This document shows positions 1 to 8,272 of a DNA stretch of 64,000 bases, in pieces (position 1 is the stretch's first letter; each line of letters opens with the position of its first letter). The stretch lies in assembly GCA_041441465.1 (NCBI GenBank), contig JASDSY010000029.1:72197-136196 (forward strand), read 5' to 3'. A program made the position numbers and the translations under genes. Below the pieces are notes generated by a model. It had not been told where the DNA came from. It did no database searches and worked only from the letters and a program-made list of their open reading frames with translations. The stretch is from Candidatus Wallbacteria bacterium (GTDB lineage: Bacteria; Muiribacteriota; UBA9980).

Positions 1-6
1 AACGGA

Positions 7-666
7 TTGAGAGGTAAAGGTAAAATACCGGATTTGATACAGAATGACGCTAACCTCATTTGCGCCTTTAACGGCGGGTTCCGTACTAAACACGGCAGCT
101 GGGGATTTATTTCGGACGGCGTCGAATACTTGAAACCTTCGAACGGCGTAGCGACTGTCGCTGTAAATGACAAGGGCATTGTCAAATTTGGAAATTGGGG
201 TTTTTCAATGGACACCAAGGAAACTTATGTCCATCTGCGCCAGAACTTGCCGCCGCTCGTTGAAAACAGCAAGGTAAACGATAAAAATAAATATTGGGGT
301 TTTTCGATCGATAACAAAACCAACGTATGGCGTTCGGCACTCGGCATAACCAAAGACGGCAGATATTTAGTTTACGGTGCCGGCAACTCATTGTCATTCG
401 AAACGCTCGGCGCCGGAATGATAATGGCCGGGTGCAGCTTTGCGATGCAGCTTGATATAAATGATTATCACACGTATTTTTTCGGATACAACCCGAAGGA
501 AAGCAAGAACGGCACCTATAAATATAAACCGCAGCCTTTATGCGATGAAATGTCAGGTGATAATTACAGATGCCTGAAACCATATACCAGAGACTTCTTT
601 TATCTGACCTGGAAAAATAAAAAAGTCCAAACCGCGGCTAAAGTTGATAATATAGAAACTAATTAA
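7..666 (+). CDS. Phosphodiester glycosidase-family (DUF2233-like) protein, C-terminal part; 5' end lies outside the window
   Basis: ORF runs to the window edge. The motif RSALGITKDGRYLVYGAGNSLSFETLGAGMIMAGCSFAMQLD resembles the conserved C-terminal core of the phosphodiester glycosidase family (RtalG..dG..l..vdG...G.tl.elA..m..lGa..AlnLDGG), but the terminal GG-S is replaced. This is a family-level guess only. Confidence 0.4.
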   Translation: MRGKGKIPDLIQNDANLICAFNGGFRTKHGSWGFISDGVEYLKPSNGVATVAVNDKGIVKFGNWGFSMDTKETYVHLRQNLPPLVENSKVNDKNKYWGFSIDNKTNVWRSALGITKDGRYLVYGAGNSLSFETLGAGMIMAGCSFAMQLDINDYHTYFFGYNPKESKNGTYKYKPQPLCDEMSGDNYRCLKPYTRDFFYLTWKNKKVQTAAKVDNIETN

Positions 667-710
667 TTATTTTGCATTATTGAAAAACCGCTTACATACC
701 CTTTAATAAA

Positions 711-751
711 AAGGACGGCCGGGAAATATTTCTCAGCCGCCCTTTTTTTAT
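711..751 (+). terminator. Rho-independent terminator downstream of the 5'-truncated ORF
   Basis: GC-rich imperfect hairpin ggacggccggg...cagccgccc followed by a T7 run (ccctttttttatt). Confidence 0.5.
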
Positions 752-972
752 TGATTCCTCAATGCTAGTGAATTTTTTTTATCACAAAAAAAATATACCT
801 TAAAAATTGATATTCATAAATTCATGTTTGGATATGTCTGAAAGCAATCATTAATTCTTATGATCAAGCATAAAATTTTACGCAAAGCATTTATCGAATA
901 AAATAAAAACCTTATAAAAGGGTTACCGTGAATAACGTTAGCAAAATATAGTTTGAAATTATTTCCGGCATT

Positions 973-981
973 TGATATAAT
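973..981 (+). promoter_or_regulatory. Candidate extended -10 (TGaTATAAT) for the ubiD operon
   Basis: tgatataat lies 38 nt upstream of the ubiD ATG. The alternative TTGAAA / TATAAA pair would place the -10 against the start codon, so it is less likely. Confidence 0.3.
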
Positions 982-1018
982 CCATGCATTGAAATAAAAT
1001 TGAAATGAGCTTATAAAT

Positions 1019-2476
1019 ATGGTATTTGATGATTTAAGGCAATTTATAAAATTTTTGAAAGATAATAATGATTTAGCCGAAGTGAATGAAAAAGTCGATC
1101 CAATCCTCGAAGCGGCTGAAATTACAGACCGTGTCGTTAAAATGTCTGGTCCGGCACTTTTGTTTAATAATATGGCCGGCTGCTCGATTCCGTACCTTAC
1201 TAATATTTACGGCACTGAAAAGCGGATGCTTAACGCGCTCGGAGTTAATGATTATTCGGAAATTACCGGCAGGATCGAAAATTTTTTAAAGCCGCCTGAA
1301 AAAATGGGAATAATTGATAAAATGACCCAGGTGCCCAAGCTTTTTGAGCTGTCGAGAGCTTTTCCGGAAACTGGCGATAAGTTGAAAGCGCCCTGCAAAG
1401 AAATAATACTTAAGGATGACGAATGCGATCTCGGAGTTTTTCCTGTAATAAAATGCTGGCCCGATGACGGCGGCAAATTTATAACCTTGCCGGTAGTGAT
1501 TACTAAAAATCCGATTACCGGCGTTCAAAATTGCGGTATGTACAGGATGCAGGTTTTTTCTAAAAATACAACCGGCATGCACTGGCATAAACACAAAGAC
1601 GGTGCTTATATCGCGGCGATTTTTAAAGAAAACGGCAATTTGAAAGTTCCGGTTTCGGTCGCGCTCGGCGCTGATCCGGCCGTCACTTTCGCAGCTGCCG
1701 CCCCGCTTCCGCAGGGGATTGACGAGATGATATTTGCCGGTTTTTTACGAAATAAGCCTGTGAAACTGGTAAAAAGCGAGTTGTCAGATATAAAAGTCCC
1801 GGCCGAGGCGGAAATTATTCTCGAAGGATACGTCGATCTCGAGGAATTAGCTCTTGAGGGACCATTTGGCGATCATACCGGTTTTTATTCCGAGGCTGAT
1901 AATTATCCTGTTTTCCATGTAAAATGCATTACAATGCGTAAAAACCCGATATATCTGTCGACGATCGTGGGCGTTCCGCCGATGGAAGATTTTTACATGG
2001 GAAAGGCCATAGAACGAATATTTTTGCCTTTGCTTAAAATGCAATGCCCTGAAATCATCGATATATCATTTCCGCGCGCCGGAGTATTCCATAATCTGGC
2101 GCTTGTTAAAATAAAAAAATCTTACCACGGCCAGCCGCAGAAAATTTTTAATTATTTCTGGGGTCAGAATCAGCTTATGTTCACTAAAAATATTGTCGTA
2201 TTCGATGAAAATACCGATATTCATAATTCCGAGGAAGCGCTTTTCATGATGCTGGCGAATGTCGATTTTAAACGTGACGTGAGCGTTATGGACGGACCGC
2301 TGGATGTTCTGGACCACGCGTCGGCGGTATTTTGCTATGGCGCTAAAGTCGGAATTGACGCTACATTTAAGGACGGCCAGCCCGGATGCCGTAAATGGCC
2401 GAAAGTGGCTAAAATGCATCAAAACATCAAAAAAATAGTAGATGAGAAATGGGATAAATATCAAATAAAGCTTTAA
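1019..2476 (+). CDS. ubiD: UbiD-family (prenylated-FMN-dependent) aromatic decarboxylase; MqnL/UbiD-like
   Basis: 485 aa. The N-terminus MVFDDLRQFIKFLKDNNDLAEV and the overall length are typical of the UbiD family (3-octaprenyl-4-hydroxybenzoate carboxy-lyase). It is clustered with UbiA, UbiE and UbiX homologs. Confidence 0.85.
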   Translation: MVFDDLRQFIKFLKDNNDLAEVNEKVDPILEAAEITDRVVKMSGPALLFNNMAGCSIPYLTNIYGTEKRMLNALGVNDYSEITGRIENFLKPPEKMGIIDKMTQVPKLFELSRAFPETGDKLKAPCKEIILKDDECDLGVFPVIKCWPDDGGKFITLPVVITKNPITGVQNCGMYRMQVFSKNTTGMHWHKHKDGAYIAAIFKENGNLKVPVSVALGADPAVTFAAAAPLPQGIDEMIFAGFLRNKPVKLVKSELSDIKVPAEAEIILEGYVDLEELALEGPFGDHTGFYSEADNYPVFHVKCITMRKNPIYLSTIVGVPPMEDFYMGKAIERIFLPLLKMQCPEIIDISFPRAGVFHNLALVKIKKSYHGQPQKIFNYFWGQNQLMFTKNIVVFDENTDIHNSEEALFMMLANVDFKRDVSVMDGPLDVLDHASAVFCYGAKVGIDATFKDGQPGCRKWPKVAKMHQNIKKIVDEKWDKYQIKL

Positions 2477-2651
2477 CTGCATCTGATAAGAATTGATTAA
2501 TCCGGCAGATTGAAATTATAATAACTTTAAAAGTCGATGATAGTATATCTAAATGGCGAAAAAAAATTAGTATTTCTGATTTTTCAATATATTTAATCCT
2601 GTAAAAGTTGAGTATGTTTTTAATACTTAAGTTTTTATAAAAGGAAAAGTC

Positions 2652-3503
2652 ATGTTAAATAAGGTAAAAATAATAATGGAACTTGTTAAATTCGAGCATA
2701 CTATATTTGCTCTGCCGTTTGCTTTTGCTGGGGCGCTGATTGCCGGCCATGGCAGCATCGCATTTACTAAAATTTTATGGATTTTGCTTGCGATGGTTGG
2801 AGCGCGCACCGCTGCCATGGCTTTAAATAGGGTAATAGACGAAAAAATTGACGCCGAAAATCCGCGCACTAAAGAAAGGGCGCTTCCTAAAAAGATAATT
2901 TCGAAGCTTGCGGTTTGGCTTTTAATATTCGTTTCGCTCGCAATATTTTTTTTGGCCGCCTATAATATAAATATTTCCTGCTTTTATCTTTCGCCGATAG
3001 CGGTTTTACTTCTTACATTTTATTCATATACGAAAAGATTTACCAGTTTGTCGCATTTTTATCTCGGCATGACGCTTGCCGCCGCTCCGGTCGGCGGATA
3101 TATGGCGGTAGTTCCGGAATTTACGCTTTTACAGCTGACCCTTGCCGGCTGCGTGATGTTCTGGGTTGCCGGGTTTGATATTATTTACGCCTGCCAGGAC
3201 ATCGAGTTCGATAAAAACAACAATTTATTTTCGATTCCGGCAGTACGCGGAATGGCTGCGGCTCTTAATATATCAAGAATTTTACATTTCTTTACGATAG
3301 CCGGATTTTTATTTGCCGGATTTTTATTCGCGGCCGAATATCCGTACTATATAGCCATAGCGATAAGCGCGTGCTTGTTGATTTATGAGCACTCTTTATT
3401 AAAAGGCGGAAGTCTTGATAAAGTAGATATCGCTTTTTTTAATGTGAATGGTTATGTTTCAATTATTATTTTTGCCGGCATTCTCATTAATTATTTTGTA
3501 TGA
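2652..3503 (+). CDS. ubiA: UbiA-family aromatic prenyltransferase, paralog 1 (MqnP/UbiA-like)
   Basis: 283 aa polytopic membrane protein. N-terminal ELVKFEHTIFALPFAFAGAL and the Asp-rich motif NRVIDEKID (NxxxDxxxD) are present. It is ~65-70% identical by eye to the next ORF. Confidence 0.85.
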   Translation: MLNKVKIIMELVKFEHTIFALPFAFAGALIAGHGSIAFTKILWILLAMVGARTAAMALNRVIDEKIDAENPRTKERALPKKIISKLAVWLLIFVSLAIFFLAAYNINISCFYLSPIAVLLLTFYSYTKRFTSLSHFYLGMTLAAAPVGGYMAVVPEFTLLQLTLAGCVMFWVAGFDIIYACQDIEFDKNNNLFSIPAVRGMAAALNISRILHFFTIAGFLFAGFLFAAEYPYYIAIAISACLLIYEHSLLKGGSLDKVDIAFFNVNGYVSIIIFAGILINYFV

Positions 3504-3535
3504 ATTGCAAATATTGAATAAGGGATGGTTCTTAA

Positions 3536-4387
3536 ATGATAGAAAGATTAAAAATGTTGAGCGAACTCGTTAAATTCGAGCACTCGATATTCGCTTTGCC
3601 GTTTGCATTTGCCGGAGCTTTAATCGCCGGTAACGGCAGCGTGAGTTTCATAAAGCTGTTCTGGATTTTTGTAGCCATGAACGGCGCGTATATTGCCGCT
3701 ATGGCTTTAAATAGAATTATAGACGAAGCGATTGATGCCCGCAATCCCCGCACAAGCGGCCGGGCGCTTCCGATGGGCGATATATCGCGTATGGGAGTCT
3801 GGCTTATCGTTATTATTTCGCTGGCGTCTTTTTTCTGGTCAGCTTACAGCCTGAACATTTCTTGTTTATATCTCGCGCCGGTCGCGTTAGTTCTTTTGAG
3901 CATTTATTCATATACGAAAAGATTTACGAGTTTATGTCATTTATATCTCGGATTTACACTCTCAGCGGCTCCGGTCGGCGCGTATATGGCAGTTACACCC
4001 GAATTTACGCTTATTCAAATGGTCCTTGCCTGGTGCGTGATGTTCTGGGTCGCCGGGTTTGATATTATTTACGCCTGCCAGGATATCGAGTTTGACAGAA
4101 GCAACGGAATACATTCGATTCCGGCGGTTCGCGGAATGTATGGTGCGCTTATTATTTCAAGGCTTATGCATTTTTTTACAATAGCGGGTTTTATCGTCGC
4201 CGGATTTTTAATAGCGGCCAGATATCCTTATTATATTGCCATCGCTATAAGTTCAGCACTTCTTGCGTATGAACATTCTCTTTTAAAAGACGGCAGCCTT
4301 GACAAGGTGGATATAGCGTTTTTCCAGGTTAACGGTTATGTGGCTGTTATTTTTATTGCAGGCGTAATGGCTAATTATTACTTATAA
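3536..4387 (+). CDS. ubiA: UbiA-family aromatic prenyltransferase, paralog 2 (tandem duplicate)
   Basis: 283 aa with the same architecture, NRIIDEAID motif, a second conserved block GFDIIYACQDIEFD and identical length. Confidence 0.85.
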   Translation: MIERLKMLSELVKFEHSIFALPFAFAGALIAGNGSVSFIKLFWIFVAMNGAYIAAMALNRIIDEAIDARNPRTSGRALPMGDISRMGVWLIVIISLASFFWSAYSLNISCLYLAPVALVLLSIYSYTKRFTSLCHLYLGFTLSAAPVGAYMAVTPEFTLIQMVLAWCVMFWVAGFDIIYACQDIEFDRSNGIHSIPAVRGMYGALIISRLMHFFTIAGFIVAGFLIAARYPYYIAIAISSALLAYEHSLLKDGSLDKVDIAFFQVNGYVAVIFIAGVMANYYL

Positions 4388-4615
4388 AAGTTTTTTATTT
4401 TTTATCTATTTTTAGAAATTAAGTTTATCCGCAACTAATTTTTGCTGATAATTATAAAATTGCCGTTCCGGTAAGCGAACTATAACATAACAAGGAAGCC
4501 TGAATTTTAATAATTTGAGAGCAATAAAAATTTTTTCAATTGTCAGATAATTTCAAGTTTATTTTAAATTTTATAACGGATTATTAGTAAATCGATATGA
4601 TATATTTGGTAGGTT

Positions 4616-5572
4616 ATGAATTCAACAGATAAAAATATTAACATCATTTCTAATGAGTTTTCGATGAAGGTCAAGGCTATGTTCGATCAAATTGCGCCGA
4701 CTTATGATTTTTTAAATCATTTCTTAAGCGTCGGTTTTGACATAATATGGCGGAAAAAATTTATTGGATATATATTTAAAATTATGCGGGCCGGCAGAAT
4801 TTATTGCGGACCGGCGGCGGGAATTTGCAGGAACGCCGGAACAAATGCTGAAACGAATACGGATGATCTTCAGACGCCCGGTAGCGTTAAAATAGCAGAT
4901 ATTGCGGCCGGCACCGGCGATTTAACGCTGGAAGCGATAAGATATATATGCAGGCGACTTGAAAATCAAGGCTGGCTTATAAAATTGGCGAATAAACTCA
5001 TGAATATAGATTCGCCGGGTTATGATAAAAAACCTGATATTGAATTTTATGCTTCAGATATTTCCTATGAAATGCTGAAAAAGGCTAAAGTTAAAATTAA
5101 CGAATATGAAAAATTAAACAAAAAATTAAGCGTCAATGGCCGTACCGGCATTAAAGTAAATTATGTGGTCTGCGATATTGCACGTCCGTGCTTTAAGAAA
5201 AACTCATTTGATATCGTTATGAGCGGATTCGGGTTAAGAAATTTTCCTGATGCGTCGGATTTTGCATTGAAATCAAATATCATGCTGAAAAAAAACGGAA
5301 TCAATGCAATACTTGAATTTACTAATTTTTCAGACAATAAATTATTTTTAGCTTTAAAAATTTACTATGAAAATTTCGTAAAATTAGCAGGTAATTTTTT
5401 TTCCGGGCACATTTTTGCGTATAACTATCTTGTAAATTCGATATTCGCTTTCAAATCCGACTGCCAGGTGAAAGATATATTTGAAAAAAGCGGCTATGCA
5501 TTAGTGTTTTACAGAAAATTATTTCCGCCGGTCACGTCAATTTATTACTTTAAGAAAATAACAGACAAGTAA
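4616..5572 (+). CDS. menG: UbiE/MenG-like SAM-dependent C-methyltransferase carrying two insertions
   Basis: [27 protein letters not shown] matches the UbiE/MenG N-terminal signature [35 protein letters not shown] is SAM motif I. Two inserts of ~30 and ~35 aa lie between the conserved blocks; the first is GC-rich at the DNA level. Confidence 0.65.
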   Translation: [318 protein letters not shown]

Positions 5573-5655
5573 TTATTGACTTTATTGATAAATTAAAATA
5601 TAATACATCCCATATATAAAATTATCCTGATATATTTATTATTATAAAGGGGCGT

Positions 5656-6249
5656 ATGATGAGAATAGTTGTCGCGCATACAGGGGCTTCAGGTTCAATA
5701 TACTGCTTGAAATTCTTGAAATGGCTTTCGCTGAAACGTGATGTGAAAGTGTCTTTTATCGCTTCGGCAGAAGGTTATAAAGTGCTTCAGCACGAGGCGC
5801 AATATACGAAAAATGATATTAAAAAATTAGTGCCGACAATTATTTCTAATAATGATTTATTCGCCGATATATCGTCCGGAACTGCCGGCGTGAACGCGAT
5901 GGTAATAGTTCCGGCAAGCATGAATACCATAGCCAAGATCGTTCACGGCGTTTCCGATACTTTAATCACGAGATGCGCTTCTAATATGCTTAAATTAAGG
6001 CGCAAGCTTATTGTTGTCGCGCGTGAAATGCCGCTTTCGACAATTCATCTTGAAAATTTAACGGCGCTTTCAAAAGCCGGAGCCGATATAATGCTAGCTG
6101 CGCCGCCTTTTTATAATCTTCCTAAAAACATAGACGAATTGACTCTTCCCGTTTTATATTACATAAACGAACTTCTCGGCCTTGAAAATAATATAAACTT
6201 CAAATGGCGCGGTGAAAGCATTGCGTCTGCTAAAGATGACGAAGATTAA
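5656..6249 (+). CDS. ubiX: UbiX-family flavin prenyltransferase (prFMN synthase, partner of UbiD)
   Basis: MRIVVAHTGASGSIYCLKFLKWL matches the UbiX/Pad1 N-terminus (IVGISGASGAIYG). It is ~195 aa and sits next to ubiD. Confidence 0.85.
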   Translation: MMRIVVAHTGASGSIYCLKFLKWLSLKRDVKVSFIASAEGYKVLQHEAQYTKNDIKKLVPTIISNNDLFADISSGTAGVNAMVIVPASMNTIAKIVHGVSDTLITRCASNMLKLRRKLIVVAREMPLSTIHLENLTALSKAGADIMLAAPPFYNLPKNIDELTLPVLYYINELLGLENNINFKWRGESIASAKDDED

Positions 6250-6344
6250 AAAAATTATGCTGATGCATCGGTAAAAATTCATTTTATGCGGATCGGCTTA
6301 TAAATTTTGCCAGATAGTTATTTGGAAAAATAAAAAAAAGATAA

Positions 6345-7409
6345 GTGAATATGACTTTAAGCAGTAAAACGTCAAATGTCTTAGAATTAAATAGCGGCTG
6401 GATTCGGCACCTTCTTGAAAGTAACGAAAAATCGTATCTTTCGAAGTTCGCTCAGTTATCGACGCATACGCGCGGACGTGAAAAAACAGAAGACGAATGT
6501 CTTTATAGAACCTGTTACCAGCGCGACCGCGATAAAATACTGCACGCAAAATCGTTTCGAAGATTAAAGGACAAAACGCAGGTTTATATCAGAAAAAGCA
6601 CTGACCATGTCCGTGTCCGCCTTACTCATACTCTTGAAGTAATGCAGGTGGCGCGTACTATCGCCAGGGCTTTGCGCTTGAACGAGGATCTTGTGGAAGC
6701 GATTTCGCTCGGCCATGATCTTGGCCATACCCCGTTCGGCCATACCGGCGAGGCGGTTTTAAATTCGCTTCTTCCGGGCGGGTTCCGGCATAGCATCCAG
6801 TCGCTGCGCGTGGTTGATAAGCTTGAAAAAAACGGCCACGGGCTTAATTTATGTTTTGAGGTGCGCGAAGGTATTTTAAAGCATTCGAAAACAAGAACGG
6901 GAATATTCAGCTCATTTGGCAATGATTTTCCGTCTACGCTCGAAGCGATGGTAGTGAAGATTTCAGACAGCATCGCTTACATTAATCATGATCTTGACGA
7001 TGCTATTTATTCGGGGCTTGTAAAGGAAGAACAGATCCCTGAAGAGGTATTTGAAACAATCGGAAGAACTAACGGCCACCGGATAAGTTCTATGGTGACC
7101 GATGTAATCGAGCAAAGCATGGATTTACCCGAAATAAAAATGTCCGATGAAATTTTAAATGTGACAAATTCATTAAGAGATTTTTTATTTGAAAATGTTT
7201 ATATGAAAGAAGATAATTTTGAAGAGGCGCGCGAAGCACGTAATATTATTAGTTTCCTGTTTGATTATTATGTAAAGCATAAAGATGCGCTGGTTAAGGA
7301 TATAGGCAGGTCTGTCGATGACATTCCGATCGAGGTGGCTGCAGCTGATTTAATCTCGTCGATGACCGATAATTACGCTTCAAAAAAATATGAATCCATA
7401 AGAAGTTAA
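6345..7409 (+). CDS. dGTP triphosphohydrolase-like HD-domain phosphohydrolase
   Basis: QRDRDKILHAKSFRRLKDKTQV and the HD motif LGHDLGHTPFGHTGE are diagnostic of the Dgt-like HD superfamily. Confidence 0.75.
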   Translation: MNMTLSSKTSNVLELNSGWIRHLLESNEKSYLSKFAQLSTHTRGREKTEDECLYRTCYQRDRDKILHAKSFRRLKDKTQVYIRKSTDHVRVRLTHTLEVMQVARTIARALRLNEDLVEAISLGHDLGHTPFGHTGEAVLNSLLPGGFRHSIQSLRVVDKLEKNGHGLNLCFEVREGILKHSKTRTGIFSSFGNDFPSTLEAMVVKISDSIAYINHDLDDAIYSGLVKEEQIPEEVFETIGRTNGHRISSMVTDVIEQSMDLPEIKMSDEILNVTNSLRDFLFENVYMKEDNFEEAREARNIISFLFDYYVKHKDALVKDIGRSVDDIPIEVAAADLISSMTDNYASKKYESIRS

Positions 7410-7423
7410 TATCTGGAGGAACC

Positions 7424-7912
7424 ATGAAAGTTTATTATCTGAAAAGTTCTAAAAAAACTAACAAACATGCTGACAGATACGCAAACGGACTTGCGTTTGT
7501 CGAGCTGGTGGTCACCATAACCATAATTGGAATTTTAGTTGCGGTGGCTGTTTTGAATTACGATAAAATAAAACAAGATATAAAAAAGAAAGCCTGCATC
7601 GCGAATATGTCGTCAATACACAGCGCTACAAGGCTTTTTTATATGGAAAACCCGATGTCGACAAATGAAAATGTTACGGTTTCTAAATTGCTTGAGCAAA
7701 ATTACCTTAAAACCGACCCGCAATGCCCGAATGCACAGGGATTGACTAAATCTGACGCTTTTTATGCGATCGAAGACAGCGTAGGAAAAAAAATTGATGT
7801 AAAATGCGTGAATATGAAGCACAGCGAATTAGCGCACGGCTCATTTTTAAAAATAACTACGCCTGTCAAACCCGGCGCTAACGAAACTAATTCCGGGTCA
7901 AATTCCAATTAA
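7424..7912 (+). CDS. Prepilin-type N-terminal cleavage/methylation-domain protein (type IV pilin or pseudopilin-like)
   Basis: ANG|LAFVELVVTITIIGILVAVAV fits the class III signal peptide (G|F/L..E plus a hydrophobic helix). The leader is unusually long (21 aa) and basic. Confidence 0.55.
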   Translation: MKVYYLKSSKKTNKHADRYANGLAFVELVVTITIIGILVAVAVLNYDKIKQDIKKKACIANMSSIHSATRLFYMENPMSTNENVTVSKLLEQNYLKTDPQCPNAQGLTKSDAFYAIEDSVGKKIDVKCVNMKHSELAHGSFLKITTPVKPGANETNSGSNSN

Positions 7913-8272
7913 AATTTATTTGCCGTGGTTTTATTGTGGCAGGTATATTAAACCCTTTTTTTGATTATTTAAATACGGGTTTTATACTTGAATTACATAA
8001 AGTGTTATTATGTTCGAGTTGAATTTTGTCTAATAATCAAAAAATAGATTCCGTTAAAAATTTAGAAAATTATATTAATTAAGCCGTTCAGGTTATATAT
8101 CAGATTATATAAAGGATTTACTATCTTAATTGGCCGGCAGGCTATTTAAAAAACTGTCGTATGCGATGCAGTTAAAGATAATATGAAATAGAATTATTAA
8201 ACAAATAATTACTCACTTTAGTAAGCGAGTATAAAAGGCTCTTTAAAATAATGAAAGAATGGTGGAGATTTT

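Noticed and set aside
182-583. 133-aa minus-strand ORF
   Set aside because: Fully antisense to the conserved 7-666 ORF, Cys/Arg-rich with no motif. Shadow ORF.
2627-3753. Antisense ORFs 2627-2869(-) and 3532-3753(-), conserved between the two loci (MRGFSASIFSS.. / MRGLRASIASS..)
   Set aside because: They lie entirely inside the two UbiA paralogs on the opposite strand. Their mutual similarity is a by-product of the sense-strand paralogy. They are shadow ORFs.
8181-8215. Imperfect inverted repeat TACTCAC-tttagtaag-CGAGTA upstream of the NRPS as a possible operator
   Set aside because: Only 6/7 bp pair and it is a single occurrence in AT-rich DNA. Not distinguishable from chance.
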